A stretch of 63,014 nucleotides of DNA, counting the filler, from Intoshia linei (Eukaryota > Animalia > Orthonectida), in the NCBI GenBank assembly GCA_001642005.1. It is 11 parts of 11 records of this genome, joined end to end, with 100 filler letters (N's around TTAATTAATTAA, not from the genome) between each part and the next. Parts side by side here need not be neighbours in the genome. Positions count along the whole stretch, not along the records: positions 1 to 23,876 come from LWCA01000546.1; positions 23,977 to 32,201 come from LWCA01001477.1; positions 32,302 to 36,545 come from LWCA01001964.1; 8 more parts are not named here. One strand, given 5' to 3'. Under the pieces are notes generated by a model that saw nothing but the letters and a program-made list of their open reading frames with translations, made no database searches and was not told where the DNA came from. The translations under genes and the position numbers were made by a program. Position 1 is the first letter of the stretch. Each line of letters begins with the position of its first letter. Shown here piece by piece: positions 15,040 through 32,429 of the stretch.

Positions 15040-15849
15040 ATGATTAGTGTTGTCGAAATATTAACAAAACAAAATTAAGATGGAATAATTCACTTTAAAG
15101 TAAAAAGTAATGTGATATAGGTTTCACATGTAACAAGTTTGGAACCACTCCTTTAAACTGATTGATAATAATAAATACAACTACTCAAAAATAAAAATAA
15201 ATAATTTTTAAAATTTGACAAAAAAGTTCCATTATCTTAAGTTCATTTTACTGGCTTAAATTGAACAAGACAAGACCCAATATTATAACTATTTTCAACT
15301 AAAAAGTAGCAATTGAAATGTATTAATTACTAAGCACGACGTGGAGAGTCGCCACTGTTAATTACACCCAAATTTTGAAGATTTTGAAAATTTAATAATA
15401 GTAAAATAATCCCTTAAAAACCCTACCAAATTTTGGGATCAAAATTATCATCAAAATCTTTAAACATTGTATAAAAAAACTCCCCTTAAAAATATCTGTG
15501 CTCATTGGACACATGAAATACATATTTTCATTGTAGTGGTTCAATGATAGATAAAGGAATTAAAGCTGAAGTTCAATCGAAGCATGTAGGTTTAAGTCCC
15601 AAATCTAACAAATAATGTTTAATAAGTATGAATTACAACTGCTATAACAGGTTTGATATAAAAGTGAAGTTACAGTTCAGGTTGAAGTGAAATGCAACTT
15701 CACTGTTACAACACCCATGTTTAGGTATAGATTATAAAAATAAAGATGAGAAATAAATGAAAAATACAATTATAATTGAAATCACTATTCTATTTCCTTA
15801 AGTTGCATAAATCGTTAAGGTAACAAACTGGTAAAATGAGAATAATTTT

Positions 15850-18800
15850 ATGCTAAATTTGATTCAACATAGATTATTTAAACGTGGAATTTACATTGTT
15901 AAATATTTATCAAAACTTTCAAAAAAATATTCAAAAACATTAAAAATGACAACAAGTCCAACTTTGGTAGACCAAATAAAAAACCAAGGAAACATAATTA
16001 GAAAATTAAAAGAAAGTAAAAGTGCCAAAGAAGAAATTGAATCGGCTGTAAAAGAATTGAAAGCATTGAAGTTAAAATTTGATGAAACAAAACCTCTGTC
16101 AAGTGTATACAAATTTGAAAAAGAAAAAGTTGATTATTTACTTAAGCAAAGATTTTTCATGGACCAATCATTTTCTATTTATGGTGGAGTTTCTGGCTTC
16201 ATTGATTTTGGTCCAATGGGATGTGCCGTAAAGAATAATATAATTAATTTATGGAGAAATTTCTTTATCAATTCTGCTAACAGTGTCTATGAAATAGATT
16301 GTCCCGTCATTACATATGATAAAGTGTTTGAGGCTAGTGGTCATGTTGCTAAATTTATCGATTACAAAGTCAAGGATGTCAAAACTGGTGATTGTTTTAG
16401 ATTGGATCATTTGATTTCAGCAAATTTAAAAATGATATTAAAGAAAAAACATTCTGATGTGGAAAATGAAAAAATTAATAAAATTTTGGCTCAAATTGAC
16501 GGATATGATGTTAATCAAATGCAACAATTGATTAATGAATATAAAATAAAATCCCCCGTTACTGGTAATGATTTGAGTGAACCTACAAAGTTTAATCTCA
16601 TGTTTTCTACTAAAATTGGCGCTGCTGGTCATCTTCAAGGGTAATACGGTTTTCTGTCGATTTTTAAAATTATATTCTTTAGATATTTAAGGCCCGAAAC
16701 AGCACAAGGAATGTTTCTCAATTTTGCCAATTTATTAAAATTTAACGACAACAAGTTACCTTTTGCTGCTGCGCAAATCGGAAAAGCTTATAGAAATGAA
16801 ATTTCACCTAGATCTGGTTTGATCAGATGTCGTGAATTTTTGTTGGCAGAAATTGAATATTTCTATGATTCTAGTGATGGTGGTAAACATTCTGAATTTA
16901 CGGACTCGATCCAAAAAACCATTATTACTCTTTATAGCAGTGATAAGCAATTGGAAAATAGTCCTGCGTTTAAAATTTCGATTGGTGAAGCACTCGATCA
17001 GGTATGTTTTAGATTTGTCATTGTAAGTTGTATATTTAGAAAATTATTCAAAAAGAAAATGTAGCTTATTATATTGCAAAAATTTTTCACTTTTTAAAAA
17101 AAATTGGCATAAATACTGAATTGATACGTTTTAGACAACATTTACCCAATGAAATGGCTCACTATGCATGTGATTGTTGGGACGCAGAAATACTGATGAG
17201 TAGCGGTTGGGTAGAATGCGTAGGCTGCTCTGATCGATCTTGTTATGATCTTGATCAACATTCAAAACACTCTGGAATAAGTTTAATTGCAAACAAAGTG
17301 CTCGAAAAACCTTTAGAAAAAATGCAAGAAATTGTTAAAATTTCTAAACGAAATATTTCACGAAAGTATACCTCTCAAACGAGTAATATAGTTTCAAAGA
17401 TTAATGCCATGTCTTTTGATGACAAAAAACAAATGTGTAATGAAATTGAAAAAATTAAATTTTTTAATTTAAAAATAAACAAAGACGTTTACCAAATAAA
17501 TTCAGATATGGTGTCGATAAAAACAGAAAAATTTACCATTCATATTGAAGACATTCATCCGCATGTTATTGAACCATCTTTTGGAATTGGCAGAATTATG
17601 CAAGCCCTTTTTGAACACAGTATTAGAACTCGTAAAGACGATGAAAATAGAACGTTTTTATCTTTACCTGTTATTTCTGCTCCATATAAGTGTTCTGTGA
17701 TTCCTCTTTCTAAGCATGATGATTTAATTCCGGTGGCAAACCTAATTTCAACAAATTTAAGAAAAATACACATTGCTCATAGAATTGAAACTAGCAGCAG
17801 CTCTATTGGTAAAATGTATGCTAGGACTGATCAGCTTGGAATTCCCTATGCTGTTACAATTGATTTTGATAGTGTACGGGTTTCTCCGTCTACTGTCACC
17901 ATCAGGGAACGAGATTCTATGGAGCAAATTAGAATACCGGTATTTTTTTGTTTACTTACAAATTATCGGAATATATCGATATAAAAATTACGAGGGCCAA
18001 ATAAAAACATCAAATTTTTAATATTTATTAACATTATTATGTTTACTTTTAATTTTTTAAATCAAAATTATTATTCGAATGAAATCATAATTTTATAATT
18101 GTTGAAATATGATTTTATTATTGTTGAAATATCATAAATCATAAGGTATGAATTACATATTATATGTTATTAATTATCACTAGGGCAATTTTTTATTGAC
18201 CTATAGAATAACGAAAAAACTGACCTAAAAATTAAATTTACTGACTTTATCTGACCTTAAAATGTTTGTGTGTTTCTATAATTAACCCAAATGAATCTAC
18301 GGTACCCCAAACCTTCCTTTTGTATGCTTTAAATTAAATCAATACAATATTTAATACACCTTAATTTTAATATTCGCATAGGCCCCGATCATGATGGTGT
18401 CGGTCACTTTACATAATAAATTAATATGAATAAAACTTAAAATAAGGAATATTTATGCGTGTAATAATAAATATGAATAACAAGGAACTGCAAATAAAAC
18501 AAACGATGTAAATCTCATTGAGTAATGTTGAAAATTATTAATATTTATTGTAGTACATAATATAATGTATAACATAATATACTTCTTAACATTATCTGGT
18601 AAAAATTGCCTCTGTTTAGTTAGCAATTTTTTTTAACAAACTGAAACTCCGTTCAACACTATTTATGGTACATGGTTTTTCTTAATAAATTGTATAGATA
18701 AGGTGGTATTTGTTCAATTATATTGTTCATTATATTATAAATATCATTTTTTTAAGTTGAATATCCTTTAAAAAAAATATTGACTTTATGGCATTTATTG

Positions 18801-19184
18801 ACTTTATAAATTTGTAATTAGCTAATTAATAAACATGATATTGATATCACGATGCTTGTAATTTTGTGCTGATTATCATATAAAAAATGGTATTTTGCCA
18901 TAAAAAACTGCCCTAATTATCACTGATAATTTATCAGTAATATATAATTATCAATGTATTCTACGTTTAATTTACTTTTTAAATATTATTGGTGAGGTAA
19001 AATTAAATTGCAGTTCATAGTTGCGTACTCACTGGTTTGTATAATAATACTTAAATATATTATTATATTTTAGGTAACCGACGTGTGCTATACGCTTAAT
19101 TTAATTATTGACCAACCTGATAGTGGTTGGAATACTACTAGAGAAAAATATGGATTATTTAAAAATCAAATTAATAAAATTTAA
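15850..19184 (+). CDS. GARS1: Glycyl-tRNA synthetase (alpha2 type, WHEP domain), 4 exons
   Basis: WHEP-like [18 protein letters not shown], then [60 protein letters not shown] and [10 protein letters not shown]. Introns at about 16641-16682, 17002-17039 and 17940-19073; last exon 19074-19184. Confidence 0.97.
18181..18915. mobile_element. hAT MITE in last GARS intron
   Basis: TIR TAGGGCAATTTTTTAT...ATAAAAAACTGCCCTA with perfect 8-bp TSD ATTATCAC. Confidence 0.9.
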
Positions 19185-19527
19185 TTTATACCTAAATTTA
19201 CTTGTATTGACGTCCATTCTCTGGAGCGATACATCTTAGAGCGACATAATCATCGATTCTACTAATTTATATTATATTTTTTTCACTAAATTTTAGTGGG
19301 TTTCTTTATTCATATATATTTATTATTTTTATTATCTTATTTTCATAATTTTGGAGCAAAATTTTGCAGGGCTTTTAAGGGAGTATTTTTTCTACCATTT
19401 TTAAAGAGTTTGAAGATCATTTTAATACCAACATCTTGTAGGTTTTTTAGGAGAATATTTTGTATTTATTATATATTAATTATATATATATTATTCTATT
19501 ACATGATATTCCAGTTGATATACTAAC

Positions 19528-19773
19528 ATATAGGTACAACCGTTAAATATTTCAAATTTCTTGTTTTAATAAAATAGTTTCGAATTAAAAAAATTAACAC
19601 TAGTGATTTTTTGACCATGAAGGCGTGACTTAATCAGATTGAAAAGTTTTATATAGGTACAACCGTTAAATATTTCAAATTTTTTGTTTTAATAAAATAG
19701 TTTCGAATTAAAAAAATTAACACTAGTGATTTTTTGACCATGAAGGCGTGACTTAATCAGATTGAAAAGTTTT
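19528..19773. repeat. 123-bp near-perfect tandem duplication within Helitron-derived sequence
   Basis: ATATAGGTACAACCGTT...GAAAAGTTTT occurs at 19528-19650 and 19651-19773. Confidence 0.9.
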
Positions 19774-20894
19774 TGTGTGTGCTAACTGGATATAACCGTA
19801 TCCGTATTTTTTTTATAATTCTAGGGCTGTTTTCATTTAAAAAAAAAGAGAAAATCTGGGTTTTTTGAAAATTACCTTTTTGAGGTTAGCATTAGTCATA
19901 ATGCTTATGAATTTAAAAACCATTCTAGAATTAATGTTGTATACAATTGTAGGACTTTCTTTATTTTGACAAATAAAGGTAATTTGTGGTTTTGGCCGTG
20001 AAGATATAATATTTTGAAATTGAAAATTATTATAATATTGATGATTTTAAAACTTTATCAGCTTGTGTATTTTTTATAATTCTAAATCGGCTTTGAATTT
20101 AATAATTAAGGAAAATTGGGTTTTTAACCTTGAAGGACTCAATTTCTGAAATTGAAATATGCGCTAAAACATCACTCTCGAAAAACAGCTATAGAAATAT
20201 GGAATTCACAAAACTCGATTCCCTTACTTTCTTAAATAAACTGAAACAAATAAATAGACATACATTTTTAACCATTTTACATTGTATTGCCTTTACTTAT
20301 ATAATATGCTACGCTATTTTTGTTTGTGTGTGTATTCCACTTTATTTTATAATCGGAAAGTCAGTTTTATTTGTTTAGTTCTTTGAAAAAACGACTTTAT
20401 GATTTGAAAATATGACGCTAGTTCTGAAAAAATAATTATGTACTGAAAATGTCTATAATATGTAATACATGTATATAATTTTCATTGACCCCCAAAAAAG
20501 TGCTGTGGAGCCCAAAGGGGTCCGCATGGACCCCGTTGAGAATGGCTGCATTAGATTAAATATTCCTACCTCAACCTTTATTGAATACAAAAATTGATTA
20601 TTGTTAATTGAATTAAACTAAGGAAAATAATATCAAAATTAATTTTTTTGTAAATTATATCAAAAATTAAATTATTATATCTTTTTCACATTATTTCAGT
20701 TTTTGTGCGTTAGATAAAATGTTCATACTTCAACTATTATTCAATACAAAAATTGATTAATTTTAATTGAATTAAACTAAGGAAAATGATATGAATATTA
20801 ATTTTTTTGGTTGATTATATAAAAAATTACATAATTTCAGTTTTTGTATATTAGATATACGTACTTATTTTACATTTTTCTATAAACAATACTA

Positions 20895-22395
20895 TCCTAA
20901 CTTATATAATATGCAACGCGATTTTTGTTTGTGTGTCTTACTTTATTGAAATAACTAGCACTCTTAGAATTTTTTAAATACCACATTTCAATTACAGTTT
21001 TTTTCGGGACGTATAATAAGATAAATTTCAACCTACCATATTCACATCTTAAGGGTCAAAAACCCCTGTTGTCTCTCTTTTTGAAAATTAAACGAGTTGG
21101 AGAATTTAAAAAAATATATACACTGATGCGGATTTTAAAATCATAAAAATTAACATAAATTTAAATTTAAAAAAATTATACCTCCATGGCCAAAACCCCA
21201 AATTCTCTTCCTTTTTTTTGAAAACAGCCCTAGAATTTTAAAAAATTTACAAGTGGTAGAGTCGTATCATGTTAACACACATAAAAAATTTCAATCCGAA
21301 TAAGTGACGACTTCATGGTCAAAAAAGCATTTTAGTATTTATATATTTTTTTCCGAAACTTTTTATTAAAACCAAAAATGTGAAATAATTAACGGTCCAA
21401 AAATTAAAAAAAGGATTATTCTGATAGAGCTTATTCCAGTTGATATAAATACAAAAAGTTTAACCTGAGAAATCTACGCATTCCCGATGAAAAATAATTT
21501 TTAATATATTATGAACCAATTTTAACCCCAAGAAATCAACCATTCATGGTCAGAAATAATTTTTAATATATTATTAACCAATATGTTTCAAATATTTCGA
21601 TTAAAATTGAAAATGTAAATATTGATCCTACAATTTCAATAAAAATGTGGATTTTACGTCTACACATTTCCAGTCAAAACATATGGGTGAAAATCTATAT
21701 AACTCATTTCTTCGGAATTTTTTTCATTGCTACGCAATTTTTAAATTTCAAATTTTTATTTTCCAAACATTTTGAACAACATCTACGGCAACAAATTTAT
21801 AAAAGTTTTGATACTAACTTAATTTAACTTAATTTGAAAATGCTAAAAAGAAAAGTAACATTCACAAGAAAAAAGGCCAAAAGTATGGACACATTTTTAA
21901 AATCAATCATTTATATATTACAATTATTTGTACTAATTATAAAATTTGACGAAAATATTTATAAATTGAAGATTCAGATAATTAATGATACACAATGAGT
22001 ATTTTTAAGTATTTATTAAATTGGTACTGAATATATGTCATCAAATTGAAAATGACAAAATATGTTTTTATAATTTTATTTTTTCTGGAATTTATGCTAT
22101 TTTGACAAAATTATAGGATTGGACTGTTTTTACTTTATTTTTAATATTATACACACATTCTGTCTAATAAAATTGGACTGTTTTTACTTTATTTTTAATA
22201 TTATACACACATTCTGTCTAATAAAATTAAAAAGTTTTAACTTTATTTTTAATATTATACACACATTCTGTCTAATAAATTAAAAAAATGGGATAATAAT
22301 TGTTTATAAAATTCTTTACGCAAATTTTAACAAAACAAAATATTGGATTGATAATAGTGAATAGTAGGTTTTTTAAGTTAGATTTTCAACTTAAA
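20895..22395 (+). mobile_element. Long Helitron-like copy, 3' end missing
   Basis: Starts TCCTAACTTATATAATATGC and shares the family core (CTGATAGAGCTTATTCCAG, ATCTACGCATTCCCG). Contains a roughly 55-bp triplication at about 22117-22280. Confidence 0.7.
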
Positions 22396-22881
22396 TTTGA
22401 TAATCTTAGATACATTAGAATGGAAGACATAAAAAAATCAAATATTAATCATTACATAAAAAAAGATATCAGTGACTGCCTTAATTTTGTGTAACCTTCG
22501 CTAACTTTTTAAAATCATTATTTAAATAACATGTGAGAAACTGGGGCAAAGACAAGAATGTAACTTTTTGCAGAAAATTTACAAAGCTATGTATTTATTC
22601 AAAACTGTTCTTATAGAAAGAGTTTACTGTACGCTTTATATTGAAGAGACAGTGACTAAAGGTTACTATTCTCAATAATTTTAAGGAATCTTTATTTTTT
22701 TTTCATCCATACTATAAAACAGAGTTTAAGTTGCTCATTTTTACCTAACAATGTTTTAAGGTAAAATTTTTACCACAAATGAAAATGATGGTTTGTTTGT
22801 TTCTTTTCTTACCCTTAATCCATAAAAATATTGAAAAAGAGACCATCTATATTGAAATATTTATAATGAAATTTTATTTAG

Positions 22882-23043
22882 TTTAAATTAAAAAAATTGA
22901 AAGAAATGTGTGAGACCTATTTAATCAAACAGATATCTCTTTCTAATGCAATGAATTGCTTAATGCTATCAAATAAATACAATTCTGATCGTTTAAAGAA
23001 AGTTTCAATTGATTACATAAGCAAATTTCTAATGAAAAATTAA
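22882..23043 (+). CDS. Terminal exon of a BTB/POZ-BACK (SPOP-like C-terminus) protein; upstream exons unresolved
   Basis: AG|FKLKKLKEMCETYLIKQISLSNAMNCLMLSNKYNSDRLKKVSIDYI* matches the helical pattern that follows BTB domains. Confidence 0.65.
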   Translation, partial: FKLKKLKEMCETYLIKQISLSNAMNCLMLSNKYNSDRLKKVSIDYISKFLMKN

Positions 23044-23065
23044 ATGTATTTATATATTAAGTTTA

Positions 23066-23681
23066 TTATATAAAAAAACCAACAATAATAGAAATATTGT
23101 CTTTTGAACCATTGTCTACTGCAAGTTTTATCAATTTTCGTGGTAACAATTTTGCAAAATTTTGAAAATTATTTGGCTGATTGTAAAATTTATTAAACAT
23201 TTTGTGAGGATTTTTAGCTTCATCAATTTTGTTACCTGTAACGTTAATTTTGCAATATTCACAATCATATTCAGATTTTTTAAAATTTAAATATGAATGG
23301 TTGATGTATAATTCATCATCATAAATCACATTATTATATTCAAAATACATTCGATATACGGAAGCTACAATTACTTGTTTTTCTACATACTCCCAAAATC
23401 CATCCGATGCATTTATCATGAAAAATTCTGAACCTGTTAGTGTGTATTTTTTGTGGTCAGGTATGTTTGATACTATAGGCTTTAATCCGTAGTCTCCTAA
23501 AGTATAATTTTTTTAATTTATAATAATTCTTTAGCAAATTTAAGAGCAAATCTGAATTTTTTTAATTATAAATTTTCATTTACCTATTGAACGTGTTACT
23601 GCTAATACTTCGTTAACTCGGTATACTCCGTTTGATTCTTCAATTCTACCCCCGTCACACATCACTCGTGCTCTTTCAGTC
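23066..23681 (-). CDS. Protein phosphatase 2C (PPM family), 3' part; 5' exons lie beyond the spacer
   Basis: ERARVMCDGGRI..YRVNEVLAVTRSIG|DYGLKP..INASDGFWE..GSKDNISII. Confidence 0.9.
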
Positions 23682-23876
23682 TACTCAATATTATAAATAG
23701 TAATACCATATGTACATTAGGGTGTCCAACTTTTTTTTATTGAAAAAGTATACCTCTCCAATGTTTCCCATTTACCTCAAGAATGGTATATAAAAATTTA
23801 TAGACCATGATATTAACATTTTCTCAGGCGGGGACCCGTGCATATTTAAATATAAATTAATATGAAGTTAAAGTTA

Positions 23877-23976
23877 NNNNNNNNNNNNNNNNNNNNNNNN
23901 NNNNNNNNNNNNNNNNNNNNTTAATTAATTAANNNNNNNNNNNNNNNNNNNNNNNNNNNNNNNNNNNNNNNNNNNN
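23877..23976. other. Artificial contig spacer N44-TTAATTAATTAA-N44. Repeated at 32202, 36546, 38587, 40764, 45494, 48867, 57413, 58527 and 60213 (100 nt each).
   Basis: Identical palindromic 12-mer with stops in all six frames, embedded in N runs. Confidence 0.98.
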
Positions 23977-25528
23977 AATTTAAATTTAAAAAAATTATAT
24001 CTTCAGGGCCAAAACCACAAATTACCCTTCCTTTTTTTTGAAAACAACCCTAGAATTTCAAAAAATTTACAGGTGGTAGAGTTGTATCATGTTAACACAC
24101 AAGTACAGTTGTATCCTGTTAACACACATAAAAAATTTCAATCCGAATAAGTGACGACCTTCACGGTAAAAAAAGCATATTAGTATTCATATATTTCTTT
24201 TTTGAAACATTTTATTAAAACAATAAATTTGAAATAATTAACGGTCGTACAATTAAAAAAAAGATTAATCTGATACAGCTTATTCTAGTTGATATAAATA
24301 AAAAATTTCAACTCCAGAAATCTACGCATTCCCGGTGAAAAATAATTTTTAATATATTATCAACCAATATTTTTTAAATGTTTCGATTATAATCAAAAAT
24401 TGAAAATGTAAATATTGATCTTACAATTTCAAAAAAAATGTGGATTGTACGTTTACACATTTCCAGTAAAGACATATGGGTAAAAATCTACATAATTCAT
24501 TCCTTCGGAATGATTTTTCATTGCTACGCAATTTTTAAATTTCAAATTTTCATTTTCAAAAAATTTTGTAAACTTTAATTAATTTATGACACTAGCAACG
24601 TAATATAAAATATAAAATTAAATTTATTAACTGAAACGTGTTATTTTTTTTATTGATAATTGTTACAAATTTAACATATAATGGTAAAAAGAAAAACTAC
24701 ATTCAGTAGCTAACAGTCCAAAATAATGAAGATGAGACGGCTGAATGAGTCTCAAAAAGAACATAATATCCGAAATAGGTAAGATAACAATTGTTTTTTT
24801 AATTTTTTTTGATTAATCATCATACTATATTCATTCTGATTTACATTTAGAAAAATTTTCAGTAGACAATCCAATTTTTATATAAAACAAGAAAAAAGGC
24901 CAAAAGTATGGACACAAATTTAACATCAATCATTTTTATATTACAATCAATTGGAATAATGGTAAAACGATCAGCTGAAATGTTTATAAAGTGAAGATTC
25001 AGTTAATTATTGATACACAATTGGTATTTTAAAGTTTACTGTTTTTACTTTATTTTTAATATTATACACACATTCTGTCTAATAAATTAAAAAAATGGGA
25101 TAACAATTGTTTTTAAAATTCTCTACGCAAATGTTAACAACACAAAATTAAGATGGAATAATTCACTTTAAAGTAAAAACTAATGTGATATGACGGTTCC
25201 ACCTGAAACAAATTTGGGAACCACTCCTTTAAAGAGATTGATAATAGTGAATAGTAGGATTTTTAAGTTAGATTTTCAACGTGAATTTATTTTTTAAGTA
25301 TAATAAAAATGTGCTCTCGGCAGAGCTAGGTCCTGTTTGTACGTAGTATGTAAATTTATTTTTTGGTAGTATAAAAATGTTCCCTCGGTAGAACTAGGCT
25401 ACGGGGATTGATAATAGTGAATAGTAGAATTTTTAAGTTAGATTTTCAACGTGAATTTTTTGATATAATAAAAATTGCCTTGGCAGAGCTAGGTGCTGTT
25501 AGTACGTAGTATAAAACTGTCAAGCTAG
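23977..25528 (+). mobile_element. Helitron-like copy with reiterated 3' ends
   Basis: Family core followed by three GGCAGAGCTAGG-type terminal modules, the last ending hairpin plus CTAG|T. Confidence 0.72.
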
Positions 25529-25907
25529 TAATTTTATAAAAATTATCATTTTTCATTGATAAAAATTTTCACTAAAAACAAAAATAAATGAGGTAGAATT
25601 GAATTTAAAGATGCAAAGGGAATAACCAAACATGACGAACAACACAAGACCACTCAAAACATAAATACAAGATCTCATCGTAACATTCCAGTAAATAAAG
25701 TTATATTTTAGTTTTTGTATGAAATTTTTAAAATGGCAAGCTCTTACACTAAAAATTTTCAAAAATTTTTCTTCTTTCTTAATTTCAAAAATCAAATTAA
25801 GTGTGTAAAACATTACACATTTTCTGGCAACTTTGCACTGTAGCTGAAAGTAAAATATTTATCTTACTTTTTTCTTTACTTATGTTAGTGAAACAAAAAT
25901 TTTGAAA

Positions 25908-30336
<4,429 letters not shown>

Positions 30337-30757
30337 ATTATTAATTTGTCAGTATTTATTGATAACTAAAATGACTAAAAATTTAATCCTTACTTAAATT
30401 AAATGTACGGAAAGTAATTTAGTTAAAAATGTATGTTTGTTACTATTTATTTAAGAAAGTAATAAGCGTAAAGTTTTAAGAATACCCATTTTTAATAAAG
30501 ATTTTTTAAGTGTAATGTTTTATCGCAAAGTTAATTTTCTGAAATTGAGTCTTTCAATGGTAAAAACTACAATTTTCCTTGATTATTAAATTTCGACAGA
30601 ACTAGGGCTGTTTGTACAAAGTATATAACAGTCAACATATACATTATTTATTAGTTAATTAGTAGTGTTGATAAAAAATCTATCATTAATTTTAATTTAT
30701 AAATATATTTTACAAATAAAGTTTGCTTCTTTTTTATGTAAAAATGAAAATTTTTTA

Positions 30758-31709
30758 ATGGATTCAAATATCTTTACAGAAATAATAATGGACTTGGGTA
30801 AAATAAAACGAATGAAAATGGCATAATTAATAAATATAGCACGAGTTTTTGGTTTTAATAATGATGTATATGTAAACGCAAACATATTATTCAACGAATG
30901 TCTATCTGAAAAAGAGTTTTCATCTCTAAATTTGAAAGAATGGTTGGTAATATAGTTTTGAAATTAAAATATTTCATGTGTAAAATTCTTTTAGGCAATT
31001 TGTTTGAGTTGTGTCAAAGTCTCAATGAAAATTTATAACATTGCATTTGATGAAATCGAATTTGTATATCGTTTTATTTTCTATAGTCATTTATCAAGTG
31101 TTAACTTTGATAATGAAAAAATTATTGAAACTTGTAAAAATTTAAACCTTGAAGAATTTGTAGAAAGCTATGAAGAAACCAAGATAAATTTATCTAATGC
31201 AGAACTAATTTTACTTCGTAAAATTAATTTTTTTGTAAAAAGATGTCAGCCACATCATTACTTAATTGCATATCTGCATCTATTTTTCCGTCAATTTTAT
31301 AAAAATGAACGTAAAGAGTTTAACAAAAGTCATGTTTCTTCTACAACTCTATTATCAATGTCCATTTTAAACACTTGTTACAATTCAACTAATATTTCTA
31401 CAAAATTACCAGAATTATTGGCACTTGTCGCCATTTTTTTATCCATACAACTTCAAAAATTTGATAATTCCAAAGTTTATGATTATCAGTTGGAGGTATT
31501 TTGTTATTCATAATGTTTAAAAGTTTTCAGTCAGGATTTAATATTGTTTAAATGAGCTTTTAATATTTTTTTGCCTAAAATTTCAACTTATATACAAGTT
31601 AAATTTGTAGACATCGTTTCAGATGTTTTCGTATGAAAGCTTGGTCGAAGATTTACCATTTGTGAATGAATCGATTTTCAAAAATAAAAGTAGAGTTAGT
31701 CCGGTTTAA
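30758..31709 (+). CDS. CCNQ: Cyclin Q (FAM58A/cyclin M)-like, divergent; about 4 exons
   Basis: Cyclin-box helices. YEETKINLSNAELILLRKINFFVKRCQPHHYLIAYL parallels the cyclin Q ELLMLRVL.F.V...HPHKYL..YL pattern. Confidence 0.62.
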
Positions 31710-32429
31710 TTATTTTTATCTAATTTAAATTTGTTAAATTGTAAAATTCGATAAAATGTAAAAATTTACATAAAAATATTACATTTTAACGAATTTCACT
31801 TGTAGTGTATTAATTTTGTTTTGCCCATGAAGTTTGAAGTTTTTGAGGTTGACATTTACGACAATGGTAATGAATTTATAATGCGTCTCAAAAGGTATTT
31901 TTTTTTCATTTTTAGGTTAAATTTATTTTTAAAAAATAGAACTTGGTTTTATCTCTGAAGGACTCAATTTCGGAAAATGAAATTTGCGATACTGTATCAG
32001 TATTGAAAAACTGTATTAGGAATTGGGTTTTTTTGAATTTTACCAACATTGTAAATGATAATAACAAAGTTGTACTTTGTACTTCGTTGTTGTAGTTTTA
32101 GAATTAAATTTTTTAAAAATATATTTGAGAATGAAAAATTCCGTAGTAATGAAAAAAATTCCGAAAGAATGAATTATATAGATTTTCACCCATATTTCTT
32201 TNNNNNNNNNNNNNNNNNNNNNNNNNNNNNNNNNNNNNNNNNNNNTTAATTAATTAANNNNNNNNNNNNNNNNNNNNNNNNNNNNNNNNNNNNNNNNNNN
32301 NTTGTTAATAAAGTAATTTTCAATATTTTTTTATTAAAAATTTCTTTTTCTTTGCACAACTCAACCAGAAATTTTTGTGTGAAAATTGTACTTACATAGT
32401 AGTTTAAGTATGAATACTAGCTTAATTTT

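Noticed and set aside
15530-15610. tRNA-like A/B-box resemblance (TAGTGGTT..GGTTTAAGTCCC)
   Set aside because: No cloverleaf could be folded; at most a decayed tRNA/SINE scrap.
19198-19258. Minus-strand IDDYVALRCIAPE resembling a kinase activation loop
   Set aside because: Too short, and no other kinase motifs were found nearby.
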